Assembly: GCF_009914755.1 (NCBI RefSeq)
Contig: NC_060938.1
Length of the DNA stretch: 64,000 nucleotides
Direction: 5' to 3' (one strand)
From: the human T2T-CHM13v2.0 reference genome, Homo sapiens
In this document: piece after piece, positions 53,931 to 64,000 of the stretch
How positions within the stretch are numbered: the stretch's first letter is position 1
How the letters are laid out: each line of letters opens with the position of its first letter
Position numbers and translations under genes: made by a program
The notes under the pieces: model-generated
Database searches by the model: none
Seen by the model: only the letters and a program-made list of their open reading frames with translations
Told to the model about the DNA's origin: nothing

Positions 53931-55781
53931 TAAGTTTCATGGCTTGGCCTCAGATCGTTCCATATTCCATGCTGTTTTATGTGTTTGTGTTGGAATAGAA
54001 GGGTGAGGTGGTGGGGAGGGCAGCGGTGCAAGCAAGGGACTAAAACCAGGGTCTGAATTCAATGAATAAATGATGTGATCCTACTGTGTTCACTATGAGG
54101 ACATTTCTTTTTTTTTTTTTTTTTTTTTTTCACAGTTCCTCCAGGGAAGCAGTAAAGTAGTGTAAACAAGTTTTCCAAGGACTACTTTGGTGTCCTCATT
54201 TGCATCTGAGAAAAATGCCTGCCTGAACTTTACAGGTCTCTTTTGGAGGTCAACAGAGATTATAAAAAATTAAGGCACTTTGAGAAATTCACCCAGTACA
54301 AATGTAGTTTAACAAGTGTCACTCTATAATGAAAAATCTTCCTTCAGGCTCCCTTCTTACACCATGCCTGGGAGGAAGAATCATTCCCTTACTTATGGGA
54401 GAACTTCTCATGGTGTAAACATTCATTCTAGAGAGCATTTCCCCATCAAGCTACAGGCTGATGCTCTGAACTGGTGCTCCCTGCAAAGCAATTTGATAAG
54501 ATTAAGTATCCCCATCCTCCATGTTTTTCTCCCTCCTCCACTTTCCTTTTCTGAAAAGGACTGTGTGAAACCACAGGGAAATGATACATTTGCACGCTAT
54601 TCAGAAAACAGCTTGGCTGTCTGGGCTTGGCAGTGGATAAGCCCCTATTTTAGGCTCTCTTCAACTCACCATGCTCTGCCTAGAGGAGGCTGAAATCATC
54701 CTTTGCCTCCACCTCCACATTGTAAGTTGAATGTCAGCCACAATCCCTGGCCACAGCACTATCTACCAAGTAGACATCAGCCCTACAGCATCCAAATCAT
54801 CTGCCAAGTCATATCCCAGGGGATCGGAGGCATGGAGTCGCATTCATCCTGGGGACTCGAGTTTGGCAATGGCAAACTCATCACTAAATGAAAAGCTAGC
54901 CAATTCTTGAGCTTCTGTCTTCTTTCTGAGTTTCCCTAAGTCCAAAATTCCCTTTCAATAAAAAGGGGAAAGTTGGGTTCTTGGCCCACATGTATCCTCA
55001 ATACATTGCCAAATCATTCTAGCTTTCGAATGAATTACCTGATGCTTACAAAATATGAAATCTTTCTGAGCCTTCTCAAATCAAAATGGAAAGAAAAATA
55101 CTTCAGATTGAAGATTTCAAATGCGAGATCTGAATAATGACTCAGTTCTTTCCTTCCATAAGCAAACTGCTAGTTTTCAAGTACAAAATATTCCCAAATA
55201 AGCAAAAGCAATGACTGTTTTCTGGAAAAGAAAATACAGATGAGTAACGATACATTCAATATTGATATTTCCATTAGCCTGAAATCCCATTAAAGACATT
55301 TGTAATTAATTGCAAATATATTTTGAACACAGAAGATTTAACAAGAATACCATGTGCACATTACATTCTAATTCTGTTGATCTAGGTCTTTCTATCTCTG
55401 GAAACAACGTATGTAATGAATACCTAACCTTTGCTATGTGAAATGAGGGACTAAATGAAGCTCACATTTAAATGTAACTGAAAATGTGTCAAGCGAGTTG
55501 TAAGTGAATAAAGCATGTCAGAATGATTATTTTCTAAAGGTGGCAGACACTGAAGCTGTATTTCCAGGTATGTGGAGAAGCTATTAAAATTCTTGCAAGG
55601 TCTATCAGGTTCAGAGAATGACACTGGAAATTTATTACAGGTGCCAAATTCAGTCATATTCTGAAGCGTGTTAATGTTTCCCACTGCAGACTCCTATAAA
55701 ATACATTTCAAGATCTTTACGAGGAAAAAAATGTATTTATGAAAATCAAAGGGCCTCCAAAAGGGAAATAGGAGAATAAAT

Positions 55782-55783
<2 letters not shown>

Positions 55784-55820
<37 letters not shown>

Positions 55821-55855
55821 GTGTGTGGAGTGTGTATGGTGTGTGGAGTGTGTAT
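55784..55855. repeat. (TG)n microsatellite followed by 2 x 18-bp GTATGGTGTGTGGAGTGT
   Basis: Read directly from the sequence. Confidence 0.95.
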
Positions 55856-58489
55856 ATGAATTGCTGTATTATCAAATGAGATAAACCATAGACTCTAAAA
55901 TAGCCCTATCTATGTTCTTTACCTTCCAAAGGACCATATACCCAGTGCGTTCAACAAAGCTTCAACAAACTACTGTAGTATTAGTCTTTCTTATTTTTAT
56001 CTATGCTACTGCCATGGCCTTGTTTGCTCCCAGGGTAACCAGACAGCCAAACAAGTTTCTGCGTATTTGACTGTTTTCCAAATACCCTCTCAAACACACA
56101 AACTCTCCACTCTAAAACCAATGTGAACAGAAAGGAATCATGGATAAATAGATCTTTCAGTTTCTCTCTGTAATTCCTTTCACTCTTTCCCACTTTCTTT
56201 TGTTTGTTGGTTGGTTTATTTGGTTGATTAGGGGGCTGGATGGCTGTTTGCTTGCTTACAGCAAGTTGAGACACTTGTTTTATTTCTTTTAATTTAAGGT
56301 GTGATACTTTAAACTGTGTTTAACATCATTAACTCTGTCCAAGGATGATATAAGTTAAGAAATATTCCTCCCAGTGGCACACTTGCCTCCATAGATGTAG
56401 GTAACTGATTCTGCACTAACCTAGCAGAACTATTCTAGGAAGAATATATAGAAATTGCTTTATTTTGTTAAAGACTTTCATCACAGAGGGGGAACTCTGA
56501 TGGGAAAGACTCAAAGGGCCGATGTGGTTGTGAAGTACAAGGGATCAAGCAATGCACTATAAGACTAGCGCTGTAGTATGTTATGACACCCCAGTGAAAA
56601 GTAAAACTCCTGTGCAGTAGCTTTTTTGCCTAAACAAACAGGCAACAACTCATTGATTATTGGGAAAACTGATTTCACCTGTCATTTGGTGGTATGTAAT
56701 TAACATAAATAAGAATGGGTCACTCTGTGTTTGGATCACAGAACATCGGAAAGGTCCATCTGATGTCAAGAAGAAAAAAAAAGAGGAAATTACCGTTCAA
56801 TTCTTAATCCCAGTCTTGCAGGATACTTAAATCATTGTCTATGATCCATTCATGCAGATTAACTGTCAGTCACACCACACTACAGAGAGGCAACTAGTAA
56901 ACAGCTTTAGATCCAAGTCAGCAGTATGGGCAAAGGACCAGCTCTGAACTGCTCTGTTATGCTCCTGTCATATTATGCCCCTGGTTTGGAGGAATTTTAG
57001 GTAAATGTGTGGACTCATGTTCTTCTCATGGGTATCGAAGGTTTTTTTCATCACTACTAGTGGCTAAGATTACTAATCACCCTACAACAAGATAAAAGAG
57101 GAAACACAAAGATTGTCATACATGCCTGAATTTTTTCCAAGCCACCATTTTTCACCAGGTCTCACCAACCAGGAGATCACCCTTTAGGTTCAGACCCCTC
57201 CTCCTGCCCATCCTCCTGACATTTAAATCTTATTTCTCACCAAACTTTAACCCATTCTCCACCATCAAGGCTACATTCTTCTCTAAGGCCTCGAAGAAAT
57301 AGTATGGAACAGACAAGAAGTAATAAAAATCACATAATCAAATAAATAAATATATATATATATTTCTCCATTAATGCAGGAATATGTCACTGAGAACAAA
57401 TATACCACCTAGAAAGCATAGAATAAGAGTATACCCCCACAAGAAGCAGAGAAAGCTAGAATGGGAAAAGATGAACAGTTTTCTTGAACTGTTACAGCTT
57501 TATTTTTTAGTTTGCTGAGCAATTTACAACCTGGAAGTTAGTAATAATTGGTGGTAATCTGCTGGTGACAGTCATGTGAATGCGCTTGTATCCAAGTGGC
57601 TGGAGGCCCCAAACACCGCCTTATCTTGTTTGTGTGCCAGGTCTGTGACCTGTGTCAAAAACACACCAACACATCCATCGATCATTTACCTCAGGGGGTT
57701 TTTCATATATGCCTACAACAGTACTGCTTCTGTTGCCCTCTTTTTTGGTAGCCTCACTCAAATACTTTTTAGTCTGCTACCTACAATATGGTTCTTCAAA
57801 GAAAGAAACCCATCCAGAAAGAAAGCGTACACCTGCTGTTTGAAGCTGATGGTGTATTGTTGGTAGATGACAAAAAGAAACTGAACTCCTCAACTCCTAT
57901 TTTGCTTTTGTCCTCACAGTCAAGGGAAAAGATATTTAGACAAAAATGAGTAGAACAAACACTGGTTACCTGGAAATTGAACCTCTAGATGAGAAAAGGG
58001 GTTGTAAGGGAGCGCCGATAGTCTATAAATAAGTTCAAATCTCTTGACCTGAGAATTACGTTTCAGGTTACTGGGCACACTTTCACTTGAGTTTGACAAA
58101 CTACTATAGGTAATCTTTAGAGGAGAAAAAGGGAAACTTGCTGGAATACTGTAGATAATGTGATTTTCATTTTCAAAAGTGGTAAGGTGTACTTAGTACA
58201 AAATTAAATTCCAGGCAGGACCCTAATATGAAAAGAAAGTGCATGAGCACCACTAATGCAGAAGTTGGTAAACTTTCATGAATGATTCAAAACAATCCCT
58301 TTCAGAAATCTGATTCGATAACACAAACCTTTGCCCCCAAATATGGGATGAATAACTAAAATATAGGATGAGTAGCTATCCTCCCAAAATATGTAAATGC
58401 ACACAAACTAAATTTCACATACAGTCTCAGGAAGTTCATTACCCCTCTTAATTTCATTCATGACTTGATTAATGAGCTCATTAAGAAAA

Positions 58490-58655
58490 ATCATATCCAA
58501 TTAAAATAGTTTCTGCCTTAGCAAGGTTTCTAACTGATAAATCTATAAATAGGGTCAATAATGCATATTTTAATTTAGACAAGACATTTTGATAAACTCA
58601 TCATATTCCTGTGAACGGGATGATAAAAAAGTAGGTTGACTATTAAAATTAGTTT
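58490..58655 (+). mobile_element. L3/CR1 LINE RT-region fragment
   Basis: CAAGACATTTTGATAAACTCATCATATTCCTGTGAAC resembles the CR1 'KAFDKV-HDILV' coding segment. Confidence 0.45.
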
Positions 58656-58659
58656 GTTA

Positions 58660-59030
58660 TCCCTTTAACAAATATTTACTAAGTACATTTTACGTGTCAT
58701 TTACTATAGGCACTAGGGATAAGGTGAAGCCCAAAATAGACAAGATCCCAACATCTGAATCCTTGTAGCCTACTGGATAATTCAGACAACAGACAAAAAA
58801 TAATTTCAGAGTGTGATAAGTGGTATGGTATGAACAAAGTAAGCAAAGTAATATGATGAACAGTGAGGTGTATGGGCAAAATACGTGGGCTATTTTGGTA
58901 GTCTAGAACAGTCTTTCTGATGTGTTCATACTTGATCTGAGACTTAAACCCTGTGAGGGTTTAAGTGAGGAACAAGGGAAAGAACATCCTAGAGAGAAAG
59001 ACAAGAAGGTGTGAAGATCTGAAATAGAAC
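58660..59030 (-). mobile_element. L2 3' fragment
   Basis: TTTAACAAATATTTACTAAG...TAGGCACTAGGGATAAGGTGAA...CTTGATCTGAGACTTAAA. Confidence 0.7.
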
Positions 59031-59059
59031 AAGATTACCATCACTCTTCTCCTGGTCCT

Positions 59060-59955
59060 CAATGGTAGCTCCCTGCCAATCTTCCAGATGCTACTTTAAA
59101 GCATTCCTATCTATTCTCTTCATAAATCAGCCAGAGATATTGACTTGAAATGTAAATCAAATTGTGTCATTTCCCAATTAAATTTCAACTGTTTCTCAAC
59201 ATAGAATATTAACTCCTTACCATAGCCCTCAAGCTTCAATTGATATGATATCTACCTATCTCTCCAACTTCATCTCATGCTTCTCATTTCTTCTCTCAAT
59301 ATGCTCCAGTCTTCTTTCAAGTCTTCAGAAACATCAAGCTCTTCCCTGCCCTAAATCCTCCAAGATACTCTCTTTCCTCTTCCTAGCATATTTTGGCCCC
59401 ATCTTTTCTCTTGGCTGCTCAACCCATAGGTTTCACCTTAAATTAACCCTCTTTGAAGAGGCTTCCTTGACAACCCTCTCAAAAGCTGATTCTCTGCCTG
59501 TGCCTCCCTCCCATTCTGGCCCACTATCTCTAGCTTACCACTCCCATCATTTCCTTCCGACTATTTGTCACAATTTGTAATTATTTTACTCATGAACATA
59601 TTTTACATGTTTTTTTGCTCCAAACTATAAGCTCCAAAAGACAGGGGGAATCAGTTTTGTTCACTGTTCATTGGGCAAGTAAGTACAGCACAAAGCTAAG
59701 AGCATAGGTTCTGAAGGTGGACTGCCTGGGTTCAAATTCTACTTTGCTAATTCATAGCCTTTCTGACCTTGACTTCTCTGACTTCAATGACATCTATATG
59801 AAATATGAAAAGAAAATGTACTTACTTCAAAGGTTTTTAGGAGGATTAAATAAAGATATAAAGTGCTTTGTATAAACACACAATAAATATTAGCAATTAT
59901 TGTTTTAGTGCCTAGCATATAGTAAGTACTGAACAAGCATTTGTTAAAAGAATGA
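59060..59955 (+). mobile_element. L2 3' fragment with an inserted MIR
   Basis: CAGCCAGAG...AAATGTAAATCAAATTGTGTCA; TTTTGTTCACTG resumes at AGTGCCTAGCATATAGTAAGTACTGAACAAGCATTTGTT. Confidence 0.7.
59680..59902 (+). mobile_element. MIR SINE
   Basis: TAAGAGCATAGGTTCTG...GACTGCCTGGGTTCAAATTC...GAGGATTAAATAA...CAATAAATATTAGCAATTATT. Confidence 0.8.
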
Positions 59956-60086
59956 TTTCCTCAAAGAGTAGCATTTATAAAAAATGTCAAAACTAGCTGG
60001 AGATTATCTATAAGATTAAGAAATGACCTTTACCTGCAAGAGATTTATAACCTCAAGTCAATTGTCATTGCTGTTTTAATCTATTC

Positions 60087-60162
60087 ACTCATTTTGGGTT
60101 AACTTCCCAAATAGCTTTTTAAACTCATTTTGGGTTAACTTCCCAAATAACTTTTTAAACTC
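60087..60162. repeat. Tandem duplication, 2 x 36 bp
   Basis: ACTCATTTTGGGTTAACTTCCCAAATA(G/A)CTTTTTAA at 60087-60122 and 60123-60158. Confidence 0.95.
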
Positions 60163-60242
60163 TTCATCACCTTAAGCCCTCAAAGGAACACCCACAGCCT
60201 TCACTTTATAGTACATCAAAACAATAAAAAGTATTTTTATGC

Positions 60243-60600
60243 TGTCTTAGTCTGTTTTGTGTTGTTGATAACAAAATATTACAGACTGGGTAATTCATTA
60301 ACCATAGAAGTTTATTTGGTTCAAGGTTCTGGAGGCTGGGAAGTCCCAGATGGAGGAGCTGCCTCTAGTGAGGGCCCTCTCACTGTATCATAACATGGCA
60401 GGAGGCATCACATGGTGAGAGATGCTGGAGAGAGGGCAAGAGACAAACTCGGAGGCTCAAGCCCTTTTGTAATCATCCTTATTCATGAGGATGAAGCCCT
60501 TATGACCTAAACACCTCCTTGGGCTCAACCCCCAACCCTGTTACATTGGGTATTAAATTTCCCAAACATGAACATTGGGGGACACATTCAAACTATGGCA
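60243..60600 (-). mobile_element. MaLR solo LTR (MSTB/MSTC-like)
   Basis: TGTCTTAGTCTGTTTTGTGTTG...GGTTCTGGAGGCTGGGAAGTCC...GGGGGACACATTCAAACTATGGCA. Confidence 0.88.
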
Positions 60601-61369
60601 CTGGCCAATTCCCAATTTTCCTCACCTCCACCTCTAAATTTAACTCTGCCTTTAATTACTTTCTTGCTTAGCAACTCAAAAAGAGAAAATCCCCTCCTTT
60701 TTCCAGGACCAACTCTTTTTCCCATGTTTCTTAATTTTATACTCTCCTACATTCTCTAGATGCCACTTCACTTTTTATACCTTCTCACTCAACCTCTACC
60801 TCTATTTTGAGTTTATGCTCTCAATCTACAAGGATGCTAATGTCTTCCCAAATATTAATAAAACTTTCTGGTAATTTTACCTTTCTTTTACCACCATTTC
60901 TTTTCCATACTCAATACCTTAATTTTCTCACCACCATTCACTTTATAACCCACTTTCCAGTACCATTTGTCATTCTCACTGAAGTATTTCCATCTTTCTA
61001 ATAATGCCATGTATTTTCACCCTCCATGGCTTTGTTCTTATGTATCCAGAATGATTTTTCTTGCCATTATATATCTCTATCAATCAATCAAATTATCTTT
61101 CAAAGTCTGATGCAAATTCTCTTCTTTTGTTTAGCTCACTCTACTCCTTTTCTCCCTAGGCAAAATTATTACTCTTTCCTTTGTCTTTAATAGAACTTCA
61201 TTTATATTTCTAATGATTTTAAATTCTTTCTAGAACAAGGTACATAGATGATGGATGTATTAATATAGAGGTAGGTATTCTGTCTACTAGCTTTCGAACT
61301 TCTTAATAGCAATGTATAAGTCTCATTTATTCCTGAATATTTATTTAATTATTTATCACTTAAAGTGTT

Positions 61370-61590
61370 TCTTTTAGCACTGACAATATTTCTGTCACTG
61401 TGTTAAGCATTTTAACTTTAATCCTTAGAAATCTAGAGGAAAACTATATTATCTCCATTCACAGATGAAGAAAATGAACCTTACAATAGTCAGTTTACTT
61501 GCCTAGAACAATAGTCAGTGTGCTTGCCTAGAACAATAGTCAGTTTACTTGCCTGGTACATCAGCTTTTGCTCTTAACCATCATATTACA
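61370..61590 (-). mobile_element. MIR fragment containing a 3 x 25-bp tandem repeat (61483-61557)
   Basis: TATTATCTCCATTCACAGATGAAGAAAATGA MIR core; ACAATAGTCAGTTTACTTGCCTAGA repeated three times with variants. Confidence 0.75.
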
Positions 61591-62319
61591 TTTCCTCCCA
61601 AAAATTTTTAGAAAGGGGGAAAATGGAGAATTAATGGGATGAGTTATAAAATAAATGTAACAATGTAAACCTAATCTACAAAAACACTTCACCAACAGTT
61701 GCGCTTCTTTTATTTTCTGTTTTCAGCCTCCAGTAGATTCTTTTTTAACAATAGCTTAAACCTAAAAATTATTAAGATGAGAGCAACAGGTAGGACTATA
61801 TTCTATTGCTTATTCAACTGTCAGACTTTTCTTGGTTTACCTTACCTTATTCTGTATTTTTTTAAGACCATTATTACTAAGAATTCTTGCTTAGGGAGGA
61901 AACAACAAAGGAAATTCAAGTTACAGTCTTACTTTTACAAGTGTTGAGGGGCCTTCATAAGAGAAATATAAGCATTAATAACTATAAATAAACCTGAATA
62001 AACTAAATAATACAACTTTCTGTTATGTTATTATATTAAGCCTTTAGGAATTTAGGGATGCCTGGCTCTTACTCACTCTAAATGAGTAGCAGCAGGTGAT
62101 ATTAGAAAGAAAGGGAGAATAAAAGAGCCAGAAGATGTAATTTAAAATGAGCCTGAAGGTAGAATTAGGGAGAGGAATGAAAACATTAATTGGAGGGACA
62201 GAGAGGGTTGAAGGAAGTAATCTTCTCTTTCTTAAGGAGCAATATTTTAATCTCTAACTTCAGCAATATTAACACTAAAACTACTAGGCTCATACAATAT
62301 ATACATTTGAAAATTATAA

Positions 62320-62740
62320 AGCACATGGCTTATATTGGATAAAAGAATAGAAACAACCTAGATATGCACCATTAGAAAATTGATTAAATAAATTGTTGAA
62401 TAACCATACAATGGAATATAATACCAATGATAAAAAGAGTATTGGCATGGAAAAACTCTTAATATTTGTTATTTACTGAAAAAAGCAAAACTACCCAAAA
62501 AGTATAAAATGTATAACTCCATTTACGGAAATAAATAGGACTACATGTTATATGTTGTGTATATGCAATATATTGCTAGATAAATGATATAAAATTACCC
62601 AATATTGTTATTTTATGTTCATTTCTAGAAGGTATAACAATAGGATGGGATGAGGACGTGAAGAAAGAAGTGGAGAACTTCATTTTCTGCATTTAAAAAT
62701 TTGTATTTAAGTTTTTTACAATAAGTATATATTACCTTGA
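62320..62740 (+). mobile_element. Ancient L1ME-like 3' fragment
   Basis: GAAACAACCTAGATATGCA...TTAAATAAATTG...CCATACAATGGAATAT. Confidence 0.6.
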
Positions 62741-63274
62741 TGTGTGTGAATTTATTCAGATTTACTTTAAAATATAGTAATCATGGAATAAAGACAATTT
62801 TAAATTAGTGATACAATTTTTAGAACTTATCTTTGTTCTGAGGAGTTATAATTAACAAGGTAACCATCAAATGATAGAATGTAAAGTTGAAAGAATTTTA
62901 TCTAATCTCCCTTTTTAGAAAAGAAAATAACACTAACAGGGTAAACTGATTTACCCAAGGTCTCATAGACATTTAGCATCAGAGTTGGAAGGAATTAATG
63001 AATCAGTGAAAAACCAAAAGGAGGCCTTTCAGCTAAGTTAACAAGTGAACAGCAAAAAAAAAAAAAAAAAAAAATTGTAATAATAAGTTGTTTGTATGCA
63101 CAAGAATTAAGAAGAGATTTGTTGTCTTTTATTCGTTCTCCTAAAGGAGTCACTTCTGTGTCTCAGCCCTGCAGTACTTGAAGGTGGGAGCAAGAAAAAC
63201 TTTAACAGCTGCTGCTAACTTAGGGGAAAAAAAAGGAAAATCAGGCATGTGGTGCCAAGAGAGAAGACGAAAGA

Positions 63275-63460
63275 ATGATTCACTCTCCAACAATATTTAT
63301 GGCTCTCCTACTGTGTGCCAGGCTGAACACACTTGATGATGTTAATAGGAATGGAGAGAACAAACACAGCATGTGCAAGGTCACCTGAAGCCTCCAGTCA
63401 GAACACAAACAGCCAACCAAATTATAAGCAAATAAAAATAGATAACATCATACCATTCAG
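63275..63460 (-). mobile_element. L2 3' fragment
   Basis: CAACAATATTTATGGCTCTCCTACTGTGTGCCAGGC. Confidence 0.55.
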
Positions 63461-63889
63461 CAAAATAACTTGAGCACATTTTTAAAAATGAAAACCAAAA
63501 TAGTTTCACTGGGTGACAAATGCTATCCTATGTAAACCTTTCCATGGAAGCTATCAAAGACCGCTTGTCCTTTTTCCTTCTTAATTGATATAAACTTAGT
63601 CTAATGAACAAAAGGATACAATTTTGGCTGCCACTCTGTGTCAAACCAGGAAAGCCTTACTGGCAGTCCATTCTGAGTAATGATTTGGCAGGAGTTAGAC
63701 CACTTGAAGTGATGACATCACTACATGTACCCTTTCTTTCAGGACAACAAATATCAAATTATGCTTTTTACCATTTTAGGTAATTTGATTTTGAGGCTTC
63801 AAAGTTCTAGATCCAGGCCATCTAAAGAATTATAATAATTTTCGTAAGTGTGAAGGCCTCCATGAATACACAACTGAAGAAATCTGAAA

Positions 63890-64000
63890 AAGCTCCACAG
63901 ATTGTACCAATGTGAGTTTCTTGATTTTGTTATTGGGCTACAATTATGCAAGATGTTAACATTTGTGGAAGCTTGGAAAGGACGCATGGGTCTTCCCTAT
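63890..64000 (+). mobile_element. L1MC/L1ME-type 3'UTR fragment running off the window
   Basis: AGATTGTACCAATGTGAGTTTCTTGATTTTG...TTATGCAAGATGTTAACATT. Confidence 0.6.

Noticed and set aside
54316-54693. 125-aa ORF in unique DNA (also 50814-51161 and 57576-57866)
   Set aside because: No recognisable homology or supporting splice/promoter context; two of the three start at GTG rather than ATG; lengths are compatible with chance
57689-57780. Possible minus-strand exon ending at a GAG|GTAAAT donor
   Set aside because: With the nearest TAG acceptor all three frames contain stops and the pyrimidine tract is poor
63055-63074. Isolated poly(A)/poly(T) runs (also ~11630, ~43751, ~54108) as processed-pseudogene tails
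   Set aside because: No flanking TSD or upstream mRNA-like body was found; treated as mononucleotide repeats

Overview
Primate genomic DNA, most likely human: it carries AluY/AluS/AluJ and L1PA elements, is AT-rich and is CpG-depleted. It reads as deep intronic or intergenic sequence. I find no supportable host protein-coding exon, RNA gene or CRISPR array. The ORFs I can recognise in the track are L1 ORF2 or Alu remnants; the rest look like chance ORFs. Much of the window is interspersed repeat, with three nested stacks: L2 > MER67 > L1PA; Tigger3b > L1PB > THE1D + AluS; and a near-full-length ancient L1ME carrying two Alus, an L1PA, MLT2A1 and an L1PB. Repeat families and subfamilies were assigned from recalled consensus sequences, so subfamily names and the ends of old repeats are approximate. 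I cannot claim a new biological system. The most unusual signals are: (1) a 1.8-kb palindromic AT-rich minisatellite (28 x 38 bp) capped by a 51-bp-arm perfect hairpin; (2) two short inserts apparently copied from neighbouring L1PB copies; (3) a polyadenylated, TSD-flanked retrocopy of an LTR transcript 3' end; (4) fold-back signatures at an L1 3' end and elsewhere; (5) non-repeat islands that look regulatory: a GCTAAT cluster, an NF-kB/AP-1/RUNX cluster and a CpG-retaining island with a possible minus-strand first exon.
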